DNA from: a virus
Length of the DNA stretch: 64,000 bases
Virus record (IMG/VR): IMGVR_UViG_3300050821_001343
Span: 35,182-99,181 of that record
Reading direction: 5' to 3' (one strand)
The stretch's first letter is position 1; each line of letters opens with the position of its first letter. Position numbers and translations under genes: made by a program. This document shows positions 18,401-29,621 of the stretch, one piece after another. Below the pieces are notes generated by a model. That model was not told where the DNA came from and did no database searches. It saw only the letters and a program-made list of their open reading frames with translations.

Positions 18401-18428
18401 CCGGGTGCCTAAAAAGCACCCGGCTTTT
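18401..18428 (+). terminator. Intrinsic terminator
   Basis: CCGGGTGC/GCACCCGG stem followed by CTTTT. Confidence 0.6.
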
Positions 18429-18472
18429 CGTGTCTTTGTGGCACGTTGTATCAATTACCATCGGAGAAAGAA

Positions 18473-20134
18473 ATGCCAAGGGCCATAGACCCCAAGTTAC
18501 TTCAGTTCGGATCGTTATCCGAAACCATCATAAATTCTAAATACGCACAATTTCCAACACAACAAGATAAACAAACATGGCCCGAAATTGCACGCAGAGT
18601 TGCTAGCAGCGTTTTAAGTGCAGTTCCAGCGTCACAGTCTTTGATAGATGAGTTAACATACCGCATATCAATTCGTCAAATCATTCCCGGAGGACGTTAC
18701 CTGTACGCGGCAGGACGGGATTACCACCAAGTCCAGAACTGCCTGCTGATGAGAGCGGAGGATAGTCGAGAGGGTTGGTCCGAAATCATGCATAACGCGT
18801 CCATGGCCCTTATGAGCGGTGCAGGCATCGGAATCGAGTATTCGCCTGTCCGAGAGGCCGGGGCGCTTATAAAGCGAACTGGAGGTCAAGCAACAGGTCC
18901 TACAGCCCTCATGCAGATGGTCAATGAGGCAGGACGGCATATTATGCAGGGAGGCAGTCGCCGGTCGGCTATCTGGGCCGGTCTAGGATGGGATCACCCA
19001 GACATCTTCACCTTCATTGACATTAAGAACTGGTCACCTGAAGTACGAGCACTCAAAGCCAAGGACTTCAATTTTCCCGCTCCTATGGACGGAACAAACG
19101 TCTCGGTAAGACTTGATGGAGAGTTCTTCAAGGCGTATAATGACCTTGAGCACCATAAACACGACCATGCTCACTCGGTCTACTGGAAAACTATTCACCA
19201 GATGCTCAAGACCGGGGAACCGGGATTCAGTATTGACACAGGAGAAAACGAGGGAGAAACACTACGTAATGCTTGTACTGAAGTGTCTAGCTCTGATGAT
19301 TCTGATATATGCAATCTTCTCAGTATTAACATGGCTAGGATAAATACACTGGAGGATATGCAAGCCTGTGTGGAAGTGTCCACGGCTTTGCTAGTTGCCG
19401 GTACGGTTTACTCGCACGTTCCATACGACAAGGTTGCAGAGATTAGGACCCGTAATCGCCGCTTAGGTCTGGGTTTGATGGGACTCCACGAATGGTTGAT
19501 TAAGCATGGTAAACAATACGGGCCGGACGATGATCTGAAGAAGTATCTGGAGATTTATGAGCAAAGCACCCTACACGCCCATGGATGGGAACGAAAGTGG
19601 GGACTCTCTCTTTCTGCAAAGACTCGTGCAATTGCACCAACAGGAACTATTGGAATTGTGGCAGAGACAACTACAGGATGCGAGCCAATCTTCTGTGTGG
19701 CGTTCAAGCGGAGATATTTGCAGGGGAAGGTCTGGAACTATCAATACGTTATCGAATCCATCGCACAACGACTTATAGAACAGGATGGAATTGCACCAGA
19801 TCAAGTTGAGGATGCCTATTCGATCACGCCAGAACGCCGGGTAGAATTCCAGACGTGGCTTCAGCAATACGTTGACCATGGGATTAGCAGCACGATCAAC
19901 CTACCGGCATGGGGAAGTCCGACGAACAATGAAGACACAGTTACAGACTTCGGCAATATGCTTATGAAGAATTTGCCGAAACTTAGAGGGATCACGTGCT
20001 ACCCAGATGGAGCACGAAGCGGTCAGCCTCTAACGGCGGTCAGTTACAAGACAGCCATGAAGCACAAGGGACAGATATTTATTGAGTCTCAGGATGTGTG
20101 CGATTGGACAAAAGGCGGTACGTGCGGAAACTAA
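18473..20134 (+). CDS. nrdJ: Ribonucleotide reductase, class II (AdoCbl-dependent)-like
   Basis: PGGRYL, NCLL, GGSRRSA, GEPG, NACTE, APTGT, ISSTINLP, C-terminal Cys pair; no beta subunit nearby. Confidence 0.85.
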   Translation: MPRAIDPKLLQFGSLSETIINSKYAQFPTQQDKQTWPEIARRVASSVLSAVPASQSLIDELTYRISIRQIIPGGRYLYAAGRDYHQVQNCLLMRAEDSREGWSEIMHNASMALMSGAGIGIEYSPVREAGALIKRTGGQATGPTALMQMVNEAGRHIMQGGSRRSAIWAGLGWDHPDIFTFIDIKNWSPEVRALKAKDFNFPAPMDGTNVSVRLDGEFFKAYNDLEHHKHDHAHSVYWKTIHQMLKTGEPGFSIDTGENEGETLRNACTEVSSSDDSDICNLLSINMARINTLEDMQACVEVSTALLVAGTVYSHVPYDKVAEIRTRNRRLGLGLMGLHEWLIKHGKQYGPDDDLKKYLEIYEQSTLHAHGWERKWGLSLSAKTRAIAPTGTIGIVAETTTGCEPIFCVAFKRRYLQGKVWNYQYVIESIAQRLIEQDGIAPDQVEDAYSITPERRVEFQTWLQQYVDHGISSTINLPAWGSPTNNEDTVTDFGNMLMKNLPKLRGITCYPDGARSGQPLTAVSYKTAMKHKGQIFIESQDVCDWTKGGTCGN

Positions 20135-20136
20135 AT

Positions 20137-20168
20137 AGAAAGGCCCCGAATTAACGGGGCCTCTTTTC
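20137..20168. terminator. Bidirectional terminator between the convergent genome arms
   Basis: AGGCCCCG-AATTAA-CGGGGCCT with A-rich 5' and T-rich 3' flanks. Confidence 0.75.
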
Positions 20169-20353
20169 GAATGTCACAGCTTTGATTCGTTGTACTGCAC
20201 GATTGGTCAGTTCACTGAATAGTTTGACCATATCTATTGCCTCAAGATTGTATTTCTGTTCAATTTCCTCCACTGACCTGAGAAGATCAACCTTGGCTTG
20301 AAGCGCGTTATGCTCATGCTTGTACTTTTTTAACGACTGGGCCATGGTTCTCC

Positions 20354-21481
20354 TTAGTCATCGTACGCTAGGCTCTCGTACTTGGTGAAGTTGTTGACTT
20401 GCGCATAGACCTTACGGGTGAGAATCAAGCGATGCTCTGGCGTCCGATACTCGTAGACTCCCTTCAGACCGTTGAACGATACCAAGTTCTTCGGTTCGAA
20501 GTAAACTTCGTCGTATTCCTCGATAGGTTCTGCCGCCTTCTTGCCCTTGCCCACCTTGGGATGCACACGGTGGATGTACTCGATTCCGAACTGCCGGAAC
20601 GGGTTAACTCGAACTTCATTCTTTTCGTGATCCAGACGGACAAGTTCCTTTCCATTGAGAAGTTCAAACTGGGCCGTGTAAGTCTCGCTCCATTGCTGCG
20701 ACATCTTGACATTAAGCATTTCCATCGCCTTGACTGGAGTCTCATCGTAGCGATTGCACTCTTCTACGATGGCTTGTAGAATGTCGAAGCTAATTGGGTT
20801 GACCATGGAAGCGATTACGCCAAGGTTGCTTAAGTTCGCCTTGTTCTTGAGATTCTCCTTGCCATACTCCAAGATGAAGTCTCGGCTCAAACCGATGAAC
20901 TCAAGCGAGTAGTACAAGCGTCCCGGACGATTCTGAAGATGATCGTTGATCCCGAGATAGTTGTTAGTGGTCAAGACTAGCAGCTTCGTGGTTGTGAAGA
21001 ATCCATCGAACAGTGTCAAAAGACCTTGTTGATCGTCTTTGGTATACACCTTCTCGAACTCATCGAACAGAATAATGCAGGGCTGCGTGATGGACTGGAG
21101 AAACGTATTAAATGCGTCTCCGGTGTAACTGTTGTTGACAATCAGAGTCGGATAGCCGCGAGTGAGCCCTTCGATGGATAGCTTCTTTGCCAGTAAGGTC
21201 TTTCCGCTTCCCTTCTCGCCGCTCAGAAGCACGCCCGTGCTCTTGTGCTTACGATCCTCGAACGTGTTCAAGATGCGATCAGCCTTGTCGATCACGTCGC
21301 CGTAAAGACGGCTCGGCAATTCGAAGTCGGGAGCGATTCTCAAGAAGAACCCAATTCCCGGTGCCGCATCGACGAGATATGTGCCAACGGGAAGCTTGGA
21401 AAAACGCTGTCCCGGATTGTCTGCGCCAAGCATGAAAATGTCCTCACGCCTGAAAAATGTTGGTGCCTGTGGTTGACTCAT
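20354..21481 (-). CDS. AAA+ ATPase
   Basis: Walker A GEKGSGKT, Walker B ILFDEFEK, NRPGR arginine finger. Confidence 0.88.
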   Translation of the reverse strand: MSQPQAPTFFRREDIFMLGADNPGQRFSKLPVGTYLVDAAPGIGFFLRIAPDFELPSRLYGDVIDKADRILNTFEDRKHKSTGVLLSGEKGSGKTLLAKKLSIEGLTRGYPTLIVNNSYTGDAFNTFLQSITQPCIILFDEFEKVYTKDDQQGLLTLFDGFFTTTKLLVLTTNNYLGINDHLQNRPGRLYYSLEFIGLSRDFILEYGKENLKNKANLSNLGVIASMVNPISFDILQAIVEECNRYDETPVKAMEMLNVKMSQQWSETYTAQFELLNGKELVRLDHEKNEVRVNPFRQFGIEYIHRVHPKVGKGKKAAEPIEEYDEVYFEPKNLVSFNGLKGVYEYRTPEHRLILTRKVYAQVNNFTKYESLAYDD

Positions 21482-21730
21482 TTCAATTCCTTTCGTTGAT
21501 CGGTTAGATGTGCTTTACTGTTAATCCAAGCGCGCGTAGTGCGGCCTCTTGTATGGTCAGTTCCCCTTTAGGATTAATCCAACAAATGGATCGGTCCTTC
21601 TGTGATGCCAATGGTGATCCTACAATTGATCCGGTAAGAATCCCGTTGCAATCGCATTGTCCGACCCTCAGCTTCAAGGACAACTCTGGTTCATGCTCCT
21701 TTGGAGTTGGTGCTCCTACTGTGATCTTCA

Positions 21731-23230
21731 TCATCCCTCCAGCAATCTCTTACGAATTTCCGTTACGTTTTCGTAGCGGTGCATTTCCCCGTTCTTGAAT
21801 ACAGGCTTGTACAGACCTTCTTTTTCTTGCTCCTCGGTCTGATTTTCATATAGTACAAAGTTACCGTGCTCCTTCTCAACTCGCAGTAACCCACGGGCCG
21901 AATTCTTCATTCCGGTATCGGTCTTAGGCTGCTTGAATAGGGGCAACTTCTTTCCGTTTACCTGTCCCCATGTTGCCTTGATTGCTGTCCCAAGGCTGTC
22001 ACGGGTCACGTAGTTGTATGTGTAGCTCCCTATTCCGAACACGATGTTAGATGACGCGAATCCTTTAGCCTTCAGGCCCTCTAGGATTGCTTCTGCACGT
22101 GCCAGCGAGATACTATCGCCGTAGATCAGACCTACGTGGGGGTCAAGTTCTTTATAGCCCTTCTCGTTGATTGTCCCGCCAAACTCGTCCCAGAGACATT
22201 CGACTGCGCCTTTGAATTCTGGTAATTGCCAGTCATATCCATACTGGTCATCACCCACGATGATCTTTACAGGATCACCACTGTCCGGCCTGAAGACAAC
22301 CTTACCATCCCGGCTCACAATTTCATTGTGCAACTCGTGCGTGAATTCAGTCAGCACCTTCCAAAAGTCCCACGTATCAGATACGATGCTAACGATTCCT
22401 TCTGGATAGACTTTGTTAATCAACCTACGGAAAGTATTAATCTCCGTTTCTTCCCCACCCATGCACATCACTGAGTGTTCTGTTGCCGGTACACTGCCGC
22501 CAAGGAACGTGTCTGCTCCAAAGTAGTAGTCTTCCAGCAAATCCAGTGCGACAATCGTGTCGGTTCCTGTGAAACTCAACAGGTGCGCAGCCCCGGACGT
22601 TGCCGCGTCTTCAATCCCGCTCATACCACGGAAGGAGAAATCATGTCCCTGCCATGGTACGAATGCTTTGGGAGCACCAGTCTTATCCGCATAGTAGTCG
22701 AACATGCGCCGGTACTCATACGCCGTGGTTGCGGACGTAATCATTTTCCAGATTTCAGCAGACAACTGCGTTTCAATATAGTTTGTCAGCCAGCCGAAAT
22801 CCTGATGTGTGTTTTGGATCGTAAAGACCGGAACACGAATGTCTACTCTGGACCCTTCAGGTAGAGCCTTGATAAGCAATGGAAGGTAACCAAGGTCGTG
22901 CAGCTTTTCAATATGCTCCGTTGAAACCTTGTCACGACCAAGAGCAAGGTCCATACGCCGCTTGTACCGGGCAACAACCTTCTCCTTTGGTTCGTTGAAG
23001 AAGTTTGCTTCCCACGTGTCAATCAGCATGTTCTGGCAGAAGTATTGCAGGCCAAAGAACACCACTTTGTTGTCGAACCCACGGACCTCACCATCAATGC
23101 CGTTCCAATGCTGGAATAGCTTACCTGACCGGCAGGTAAAGTTCGAATATACCTTTTCGGTCTTGACCGGGTACTGTGCGTAGTGCCCGGTCTTGTAGAA
23201 GTCAGTTGCGTGTAGTGGGAAAATCTTCAT
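21731..23230 (-). CDS. Nicotinamide phosphoribosyltransferase homolog (Namat of NARP1-type pathway)
   Basis: TDFYK.GH..QYP, HDFSFRG, VPATEHSVM, SIVSDTWD, RPDSGDP, LIYGDSI, KNSARG. Confidence 0.92.
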   Translation of the reverse strand: MKIFPLHATDFYKTGHYAQYPVKTEKVYSNFTCRSGKLFQHWNGIDGEVRGFDNKVVFFGLQYFCQNMLIDTWEANFFNEPKEKVVARYKRRMDLALGRDKVSTEHIEKLHDLGYLPLLIKALPEGSRVDIRVPVFTIQNTHQDFGWLTNYIETQLSAEIWKMITSATTAYEYRRMFDYYADKTGAPKAFVPWQGHDFSFRGMSGIEDAATSGAAHLLSFTGTDTIVALDLLEDYYFGADTFLGGSVPATEHSVMCMGGEETEINTFRRLINKVYPEGIVSIVSDTWDFWKVLTEFTHELHNEIVSRDGKVVFRPDSGDPVKIIVGDDQYGYDWQLPEFKGAVECLWDEFGGTINEKGYKELDPHVGLIYGDSISLARAEAILEGLKAKGFASSNIVFGIGSYTYNYVTRDSLGTAIKATWGQVNGKKLPLFKQPKTDTGMKNSARGLLRVEKEHGNFVLYENQTEEQEKEGLYKPVFKNGEMHRYENVTEIRKRLLEG

Positions 23231-24042
23231 ATAATCTCCAATAGAGGGTTAGTTTCGTCCACATTGGGGAACGGAAAGGCTGTGAATACCTTGTTGAAGC
23301 AGCCTAGCGGTTCCAGTCCTTTCGAAAAGATACCATGTGTCACATAAAGATACACATAGGCATCCGTGAGGGGCCGAAGCTTCTTTTCTAGTTCTATGAA
23401 CGTTCGGCCCCCATCGCAAATGTCATCCACTATTAGGAAAGATTTATTCCCAATGTGGTCAGAGTAAACAACCGTATCGGTAATAGCCCCGGTGCTCACG
23501 TCTCGAATTTTGTCGGCACGGACCATTGGAAGTCCGGTCTTCTGTGATACTTTTAGAACCTTTTTGATTGCTCCTGCATCCGGGGCAACTAACACAACAT
23601 CTCCGCTAACTCCGACAAGACGTTCATTTAAAATATCCTGTACCTCAACATTCTTCACTCGATCAATCAGAGCGAGAGCTACATCACTATGAACATCACA
23701 GATTCGGACTACATCGAATTTTAGCGAATTGATGAATTGTGCGATGACTGCAAGAGAAAGAGATTCTCCCGGCGCACACACTCTATCCTGTCGTGCGTAG
23801 GGTAGATATGGAATGTACAATTCGATTTTAATTGACGCACCATATTGACGCCGTAGGGCATCTGTTATCATTGCAAGTTCCATGATCTTGTCCGATGACG
23901 TAAGAGCACTAGTAATCGTAAATGGACGAGTTAAGTCTCCATTGAAGTAAAGAGATGACTCAAGCTTCACGCTTACTTCTCCCCCGGAGAATGTGAAACT
24001 CTTGAATGGAATTAATTGTCCTGAATGCAGAATCGTTGTCAT
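23227..24042 (-). CDS. Ribose-phosphate pyrophosphokinase homolog (Adps of NARP1-type pathway)
   Basis: FSGGE, PYLPYARQDR, DVHS, APDAGA, IVDDICDGGRTF, VTHGIFSKG. Confidence 0.9.
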   Translation of the reverse strand: MTTILHSGQLIPFKSFTFSGGEVSVKLESSLYFNGDLTRPFTITSALTSSDKIMELAMITDALRRQYGASIKIELYIPYLPYARQDRVCAPGESLSLAVIAQFINSLKFDVVRICDVHSDVALALIDRVKNVEVQDILNERLVGVSGDVVLVAPDAGAIKKVLKVSQKTGLPMVRADKIRDVSTGAITDTVVYSDHIGNKSFLIVDDICDGGRTFIELEKKLRPLTDAYVYLYVTHGIFSKGLEPLGCFNKVFTAFPFPNVDETNPLLEII

Positions 24043-24049
24043 ATTTACC

Positions 24050-24078
24050 ACTCTACCACGGTTGTGTCCTTTTGTCAA
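24050..24078 (-). promoter_or_regulatory. Sigma70-type promoter, (near-)leaderless start of the prs-like gene
   Basis: TTGACA-17bp-TAGAGT, ATG 7 nt downstream of the -10 box. Confidence 0.65.
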
Positions 24079-24086
24079 GGACTATT

Positions 24087-24434
24087 TTACCGATTGTCTC
24101 CCTCAGATTTGACTACCCCACGTTCCCGGCGATCCGAAAGCTTGGCGATGTTGGCCGTAGCAATTTCCTCTAGAGGAATATTAAGTTCGTTCGCAATGGC
24201 CGCGATATACCAAAGAACATCTCCGACTTCTTTGATTAGTTCCGTCTTTTGTTCCGGCGTCAAGGTGTTCAAACTTGGAAAGATTCCGCTGTTTCTCCAC
24301 CATTTCTTTACTTTGTCAGCGGCCTCTCCGCTTTCCCCCGCCAACCCTAGTGCCGGATAGACAAGATTCTCTCCGATTAACGGGTAACCGGCTGTAGAGA
24401 CTGCTGCTTTTTCGTATTCGTCAAATGTCTTCAT
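24087..24434 (-). CDS. MazG-like nucleotide pyrophosphohydrolase
   Basis: LGLAGESGEAADKVKK...EVGDVLWY...NIAKL.DR. Confidence 0.9.
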   Translation of the reverse strand: MKTFDEYEKAAVSTAGYPLIGENLVYPALGLAGESGEAADKVKKWWRNSGIFPSLNTLTPEQKTELIKEVGDVLWYIAAIANELNIPLEEIATANIAKLSDRRERGVVKSEGDNR

Positions 24435-25276
24435 TTCTCTCCTTGTAAATTACAGAGGCAGGTTCCGTACAGCGGGGTCCTTACTTTGAATCCAGCGGCA
24501 TGTTTATGACCGCCCCCGCCAAGCTTCTTGGCAATTTCCGACACATCAAGTCCATTTTCATCTGATCGAAGACTGTACACAAAGCCTTCTCCATCATAAT
24601 AGAACGTCGAAGCAAAGGGTTCTCCTTTGGCTAGCAAGTTTCCCATATCACTTGAGAACGTATACGGTACGTTTACTGTCCACACATTATGCCCGTATAT
24701 ATCAATGCGGAACTTGTTGGCTGATAATTCGAGTGTATCTTTGGCCTTTGCTGCAAGAATCGCGGCCCCTGCGTCAGCTACTTTTGTGAATTGGAATGAC
24801 ACGTCTTCACTGAAACGATTCCAATTTTCAAAAGTGTAGTCAAGGCTAAATCCATAAGCAGAAACAACTCCGGTAGCTTTCAACTTAAAACGCCATAAAT
24901 CCCTATCCTCCACAAATTCTACAAGATGTGGAACTTTGTCGCTAGGGTGAAAGTATTCCCAAGTAATCCGTGCGCCGGATTTCTCCATGTTAAAATGTAC
25001 GGACACATTTGGTGCAAGTTCGCCAGCAAGGTCCGATTCAGCCGTTTTATGGTGATCCAGAATAACAATGTGCTCGGCTGTCAATGCCATGCCTAGAATA
25101 ACAGATCGCTTATAGCTGAAATCAACCATATATACTCGACGGCCCGTAACATCCGGGGGAGGGTCACCGTGTTTTGCGGGGTAAAACTCCCAGTCAGGAT
25201 GTGATTTCCATACAGCCCATGCTGCTGTAAATCCGTCTTGACAGTTGCCGTGATAAATTACCAAAGGTTTAGTCAT
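24431..25276 (-). CDS. DHH/DHHA1 family phosphoesterase
   Basis: YH.NC.DG, VDFS, LDHHKTA, DRDLW, GGGHKHAAG. Confidence 0.88.
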   Translation of the reverse strand: MTKPLVIYHGNCQDGFTAAWAVWKSHPDWEFYPAKHGDPPPDVTGRRVYMVDFSYKRSVILGMALTAEHIVILDHHKTAESDLAGELAPNVSVHFNMEKSGARITWEYFHPSDKVPHLVEFVEDRDLWRFKLKATGVVSAYGFSLDYTFENWNRFSEDVSFQFTKVADAGAAILAAKAKDTLELSANKFRIDIYGHNVWTVNVPYTFSSDMGNLLAKGEPFASTFYYDGEGFVYSLRSDENGLDVSEIAKKLGGGGHKHAAGFKVRTPLYGTCLCNLQGEK

Positions 25277-26216
25277 TTCTCTCCTTTGTTGACAGGTAAA
25301 CGGCCAGCCACCAAATCGCTGTGACAAATACGTTTACAAATGGTATGCTACTTATAAGCAGGTTGAACACCATCTCTCCGGTACTTGCGCAGCCGTCCTT
25401 CCTGTCGGCAGCTTGTAAAAACAGGAAGCTACCAAAAAAACTTCCAACCCACGCTAGCCCAAATAAAAATATGCTCATAGTCCCCTCACCTGTTCTAGCA
25501 AGTCCGCGACCGCTTCCTCAAAAGTATCGCCCAAACCCTCGATTGGATCATACATGGCTCCCATACCGTCAATAGTCAGATGGTATTCGTCGTCGTTCAC
25601 ATAGATTCGTATGTTACCTTCAAGTGTTAGCAAGTGGTGTCCCCCTTCCGCCTTCAATAGATGCCGGGTCCTTGGGAACTGAATTGACTACTCGATATAC
25701 GGAGTATTCCAAGTCTCGATCTGTCAACCCGTACATCGAATCCAGTGTTGCTTTCAGAACCTCGGCGGCTGTGTAAAATTTAATTAGCCGTTCCTTATCA
25801 TCTTTTGAGTAGACCCCACGCTTTCTCATGATCTGGAAACACGCATCGAGGGATTCCAGATAGTCACGGAGATGTTCTTCGCGGGTGCCTATGTCTTCAA
25901 GCTTGGGTTCCGGCTTCGGTTCCCGTATCGGTTGCTCCGGTACTTGCTCCATTTGGTTCCTCCCTCTTGAATTTGGAACGCGTTACTTTGCACGGTTGCT
26001 CACACTGACCGCACCGCCAGCTACCAAGCGGAGACTCACTAAACTTGTTCTCAGCTTTGTCCTCTGATTTCCGCGTGCAGGCGGGTTTCTTGGCCTGTAC
26101 CTTGCAACACACACTTGTGTACAAGAATACTGGGTCCTGTGGCTTTGACGCTGGCACATGCTTCTTGTGCCGTGCGTTCCGGTTTTTCTTATTCTGGTTT
26201 CCCACGTCTATCCCTT

Positions 26217-26576
26217 TCAGTTGCAGTCTGTGAATCCCCACTCCCGTTGCTTAGGCCCGGTCATAACTAATGACCATGATTTTCCATACGGGGTGATAAT
26301 ATTGTGCTTGAACGCTGCTGGTCTATAAAGCAAGCTACCAGCCCTTCTCCTGTCAAAATGCTTATCACTCTCTTCCAAGTAACCATTCCACAGAATCAAA
26401 GTCCAAAACCACCACGGATGATCGTGACAGTGTGGATGCCACTCTGGTGCAGTCAGTTCATGCAGATAGAGGTTGAACCATCTGGACTTGATGAGAGTGT
26501 ATCTGTAAAACACTTCACCCAGTTCAGTCCAGCCAATCTCTTTCCACGGAAGAAACTTACGCAGTAATTTGACCAT
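26217..26576 (-). CDS. Cupin-fold protein
   Basis: LYLH...HDHPW...GY.E...H motif. Confidence 0.6.
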   Translation of the reverse strand: MVKLLRKFLPWKEIGWTELGEVFYRYTLIKSRWFNLYLHELTAPEWHPHCHDHPWWFWTLILWNGYLEESDKHFDRRRAGSLLYRPAAFKHNIITPYGKSWSLVMTGPKQREWGFTDCN

Positions 26577-26822
26577 TTTACACCGTCAACAGTAACTTGG
26601 TTCCCTTGGGTAATGGAGTGCATCTCCAGCCCATCTTGCTGGCAGTCGAATGACTTAAGTGCTCACTCTGTCCAAGACTGGGCCAGATTTTCAGATACCC
26701 TCCAATGGTGTTCTTCCAAACCAGTAGACTCGAATCTCCATCTATCATTGCCAAAGTATCGGAATCGAGTTCCTCCAGAGAATAGGTTGCTTTAACAGAA
26801 GGGTCCTTTTGTAATTCTATTT

Positions 26823-27920
26823 TCATTTGTCCGCCTTTCGGATTTCGGTCACCTTGTCGGTGACGGCCTTCCTCAACTCTGAATCCAGCCTAACACACTC
26901 TATGACATTTGTCAAGCCCTGTGCAAGCTTTTTTTCACCAAAACTATAGTAACCGTTGTTGGTCTTGTCCAAGGCTCCTACCTTCACTGCATATTCGATG
27001 AAGTCAGTTTCCTTTTCGATTCCTAATCCGTACATCAATCGCACAGTGGTTGACCGCATTGGAGAGCCTACCTTGTTCTTTACAGCTTTAATCTCCAACT
27101 CGTGGCCCAATGGTGCATCCTTCTCACCGATAATAGCTCTACGGCGCACATCAAGACGAACACTGGCGAAGAACTTTAGAGCACGTCCCCCAGTGGTCAC
27201 TTCCGGCGATCCGAACATGACGCCGATCTTCTCACGAATCTGGTTAATGAAGACAATTGTGATACCATTCGCTGACGCCTTGCCACGAAGCTTGCGCATA
27301 GCTTGAGACATAAGACGGGCATGTAGGCCCATATTGGAGTCTCCCATTTCTCCCTCTAGCTCCGCACGGGGCACCAGAGCGGCCACAGAGTCAACGATGA
27401 TGAGACTGACAGCCTTGGAGTCAATCAGAGCCTCCACAGTCTCTAGAGCCTGTTCTCCGCTGTCCGGCTGTGCAATCAGCAGTTCGTTCACATTTACACC
27501 AAGCTTGGCCGCGTAATTAATATCGAGCGCGTGCTCGGCGTCCACGTATGCACAAATACTATCCGTAGCCTGTTGCTCACAGGCAACTAGATGCAGACAG
27601 AACGTTGTCTTACCAGATGACTCAGGACCATAAACTTCAATGATCCGGCCTCTAGGGATTCCACCACACTCAAGAACTCCATAATCAAGTGATGGAAGTT
27701 GTGTACTAATGACAGGAATATCCAGACCTAGACGTTTGCCTAGAATCTGGATTGATCCTGTCGTGTCGAATTGTTTGTTGAGAGACTTCTCTAACAGCCT
27801 AAGCTGCTCAAATCGGTCTGCCTTGGTTGCTGCTTTTGGTGCCTCGGTTTTACCTGCTTTGGCTTTTGGGGCCGCGTCTGCCCCGGCATGTGCCGCAGCT
27901 AGGTCTGATAGTACACTCAT
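26823..27920 (-). CDS. recA: RecA recombinase
   Basis: GGIPRGRIIEVYGPESSGKTT, DAEHALD, IVDSVAAL, FINQIREKIGVMFGSPE.TTGGRALKF. Confidence 0.97.
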   Translation of the reverse strand: MSVLSDLAAAHAGADAAPKAKAGKTEAPKAATKADRFEQLRLLEKSLNKQFDTTGSIQILGKRLGLDIPVISTQLPSLDYGVLECGGIPRGRIIEVYGPESSGKTTFCLHLVACEQQATDSICAYVDAEHALDINYAAKLGVNVNELLIAQPDSGEQALETVEALIDSKAVSLIIVDSVAALVPRAELEGEMGDSNMGLHARLMSQAMRKLRGKASANGITIVFINQIREKIGVMFGSPEVTTGGRALKFFASVRLDVRRRAIIGEKDAPLGHELEIKAVKNKVGSPMRSTTVRLMYGLGIEKETDFIEYAVKVGALDKTNNGYYSFGEKKLAQGLTNVIECVRLDSELRKAVTDKVTEIRKADK

Positions 27921-29187
27921 CTGTCCCTCAATAGTTGTGTTTGAAAAATTTCCACGTATCTCGGCTGCGTCGGTCTAGTTTTAGCCAATCGAGAATGAAA
28001 GAAAAATCGTACAGCTTCTTCATGGTCTTCGAAAAAATCTGTAGTCATACTGTCTTCCCAATGCGAGGAAACAGCCCATCCGTTTACAACCTTAATCGGT
28101 GGTAGTCTGTACTTCTGGGTTTTGATCTGTTGATCCCAACTCATTTTGCTCCTGTTCTTTTTGCTGCTCTGCTTGTTGCTTCCACTGTGCGACGGTGGAC
28201 ATGAATTGTAACCAGCGGCGGAAGAACTTCTCTCCCTGAAGTGCTACTATGATGTTGTCTTCATTCTTTACGTGCATCTCATCAAGCTGCTGGACTATCT
28301 TTCCGTTGTTGTTGAACCATGCAAACCAGCAGGTTTGGCAATTGCGCTGTCTGGGTTGCTTGTGCAGGTTCAATCGGTGACCGCATCCCGCTACACGTGG
28401 ATGGCGAACGGTCACGTATAGTTTACGCAGCTTTCGCGCTTCAGCGGGTGTAGGTGGTTTTTGATCAGTTGTGTCAATTAGCTCGTAGTGTTCTGCTGTC
28501 GGCTCCTCTGGCTTTACCTGCTCAATGGATTCGGTTGGCTCGTTCATGCTCCCTCCTCAGCAACATTATTCCAATTATCCAGAACCAGCTTTACTATAAC
28601 CTTTGGGTCCAACGGCTCTCTGCTGATAAATGGAACTATTCCTTCGGCTTCATATTCAATTAAACGTTGCTCTAACGGTGTCAGCTTCGGCTCAATAAAA
28701 CCGTATTTCTGAAGTAGCTGCTCTTTTTCTACTGCGTTAGCTGCTTCCTTAATCTCGGTAACAGCAAGGTCCAACTTTGTGTCTTTCATGGTAATCCTTT
28801 CATTGTTTGGTTACGGTGAAATAGCGTGAGACAGGACTGATTTTTCGTGCCACAAGAATCCTGCCAATGTATTGTTCCAATTCAGCTCGTTCCTTCTGAT
28901 TGAACATTGGCCCCGTTTCGAACCAATATGTTCCCAAAAACAAGACGTTAAGTGCTTTGCCGAACTCTGGGTGATGCTTCTGAAATACTGCCAGCCCATC
29001 ATCCACGGCTGAATCTACGTCACAAAAGAAATCAAGTTGATTCGGTCGTGCTTGGTTTACTGGACTCGGTGAGTCACGTTGAGGCTCTGCTACTGATAAC
29101 GAACTGCGCGATTTCAGTAATGAATAGTGACCTTCTATTGGCTCTGGATGAGCATATGGGTCGCCCAATACCTCGTCAAAAGCGGCC

Positions 29188-29619
29188 TTATATTTTGCGG
29201 CGAGTTCTGCTTTTTTGTTTTTCTTTTGTCCCATCCCCTTTCCCCGCTGCATTGAATTTCGCTAGCAGCTTTTTTCTAACTTTGGTCCCAACTTCTCCCG
29301 GTGCCGTGAATCGATGCTGTCTCAGAACTACCCAAAACGGCGGTTCCTGAAAATAAACTACCGCATTTTGCAACCGTTCCAAGCTGTCTCGAAACAGAGC
29401 AATGCCTTTGTTGCACGGCCAGCAAAGAAGTCCTCTTACTTCTCCAGTCTTATGGTCATGGTCTACTGCAAGCTTGAGAGGAATCCCTTTCTTGTTTAGT
29501 CGTTTCTTGCAGATGAAACATACACCTTGTTGATATTCCAATACTCTGTTGAACTCGGCTAGCGTAATGTGGAATTCTCGTCGCAACCGTAAGTCTTTGG
29601 CTCTCTCTTTAGCTGTCAA
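29188..29619 (-). CDS. Endonuclease VII-like (His-Me) nuclease
   Basis: Q.G.C.IC...LAVDHDH.TG.VRGLLC..CN. Confidence 0.88.
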   Translation of the reverse strand: MTAKERAKDLRLRREFHITLAEFNRVLEYQQGVCFICKKRLNKKGIPLKLAVDHDHKTGEVRGLLCWPCNKGIALFRDSLERLQNAVVYFQEPPFWVVLRQHRFTAPGEVGTKVRKKLLAKFNAAGKGDGTKEKQKSRTRRKI

Positions 29620-29621
29620 TT

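Noticed and set aside
18373-18472. Cobalamin riboswitch upstream of the class II RNR
   Set aside because: The gap is only ~100 nt, is occupied by a terminator, and has no B12-box.
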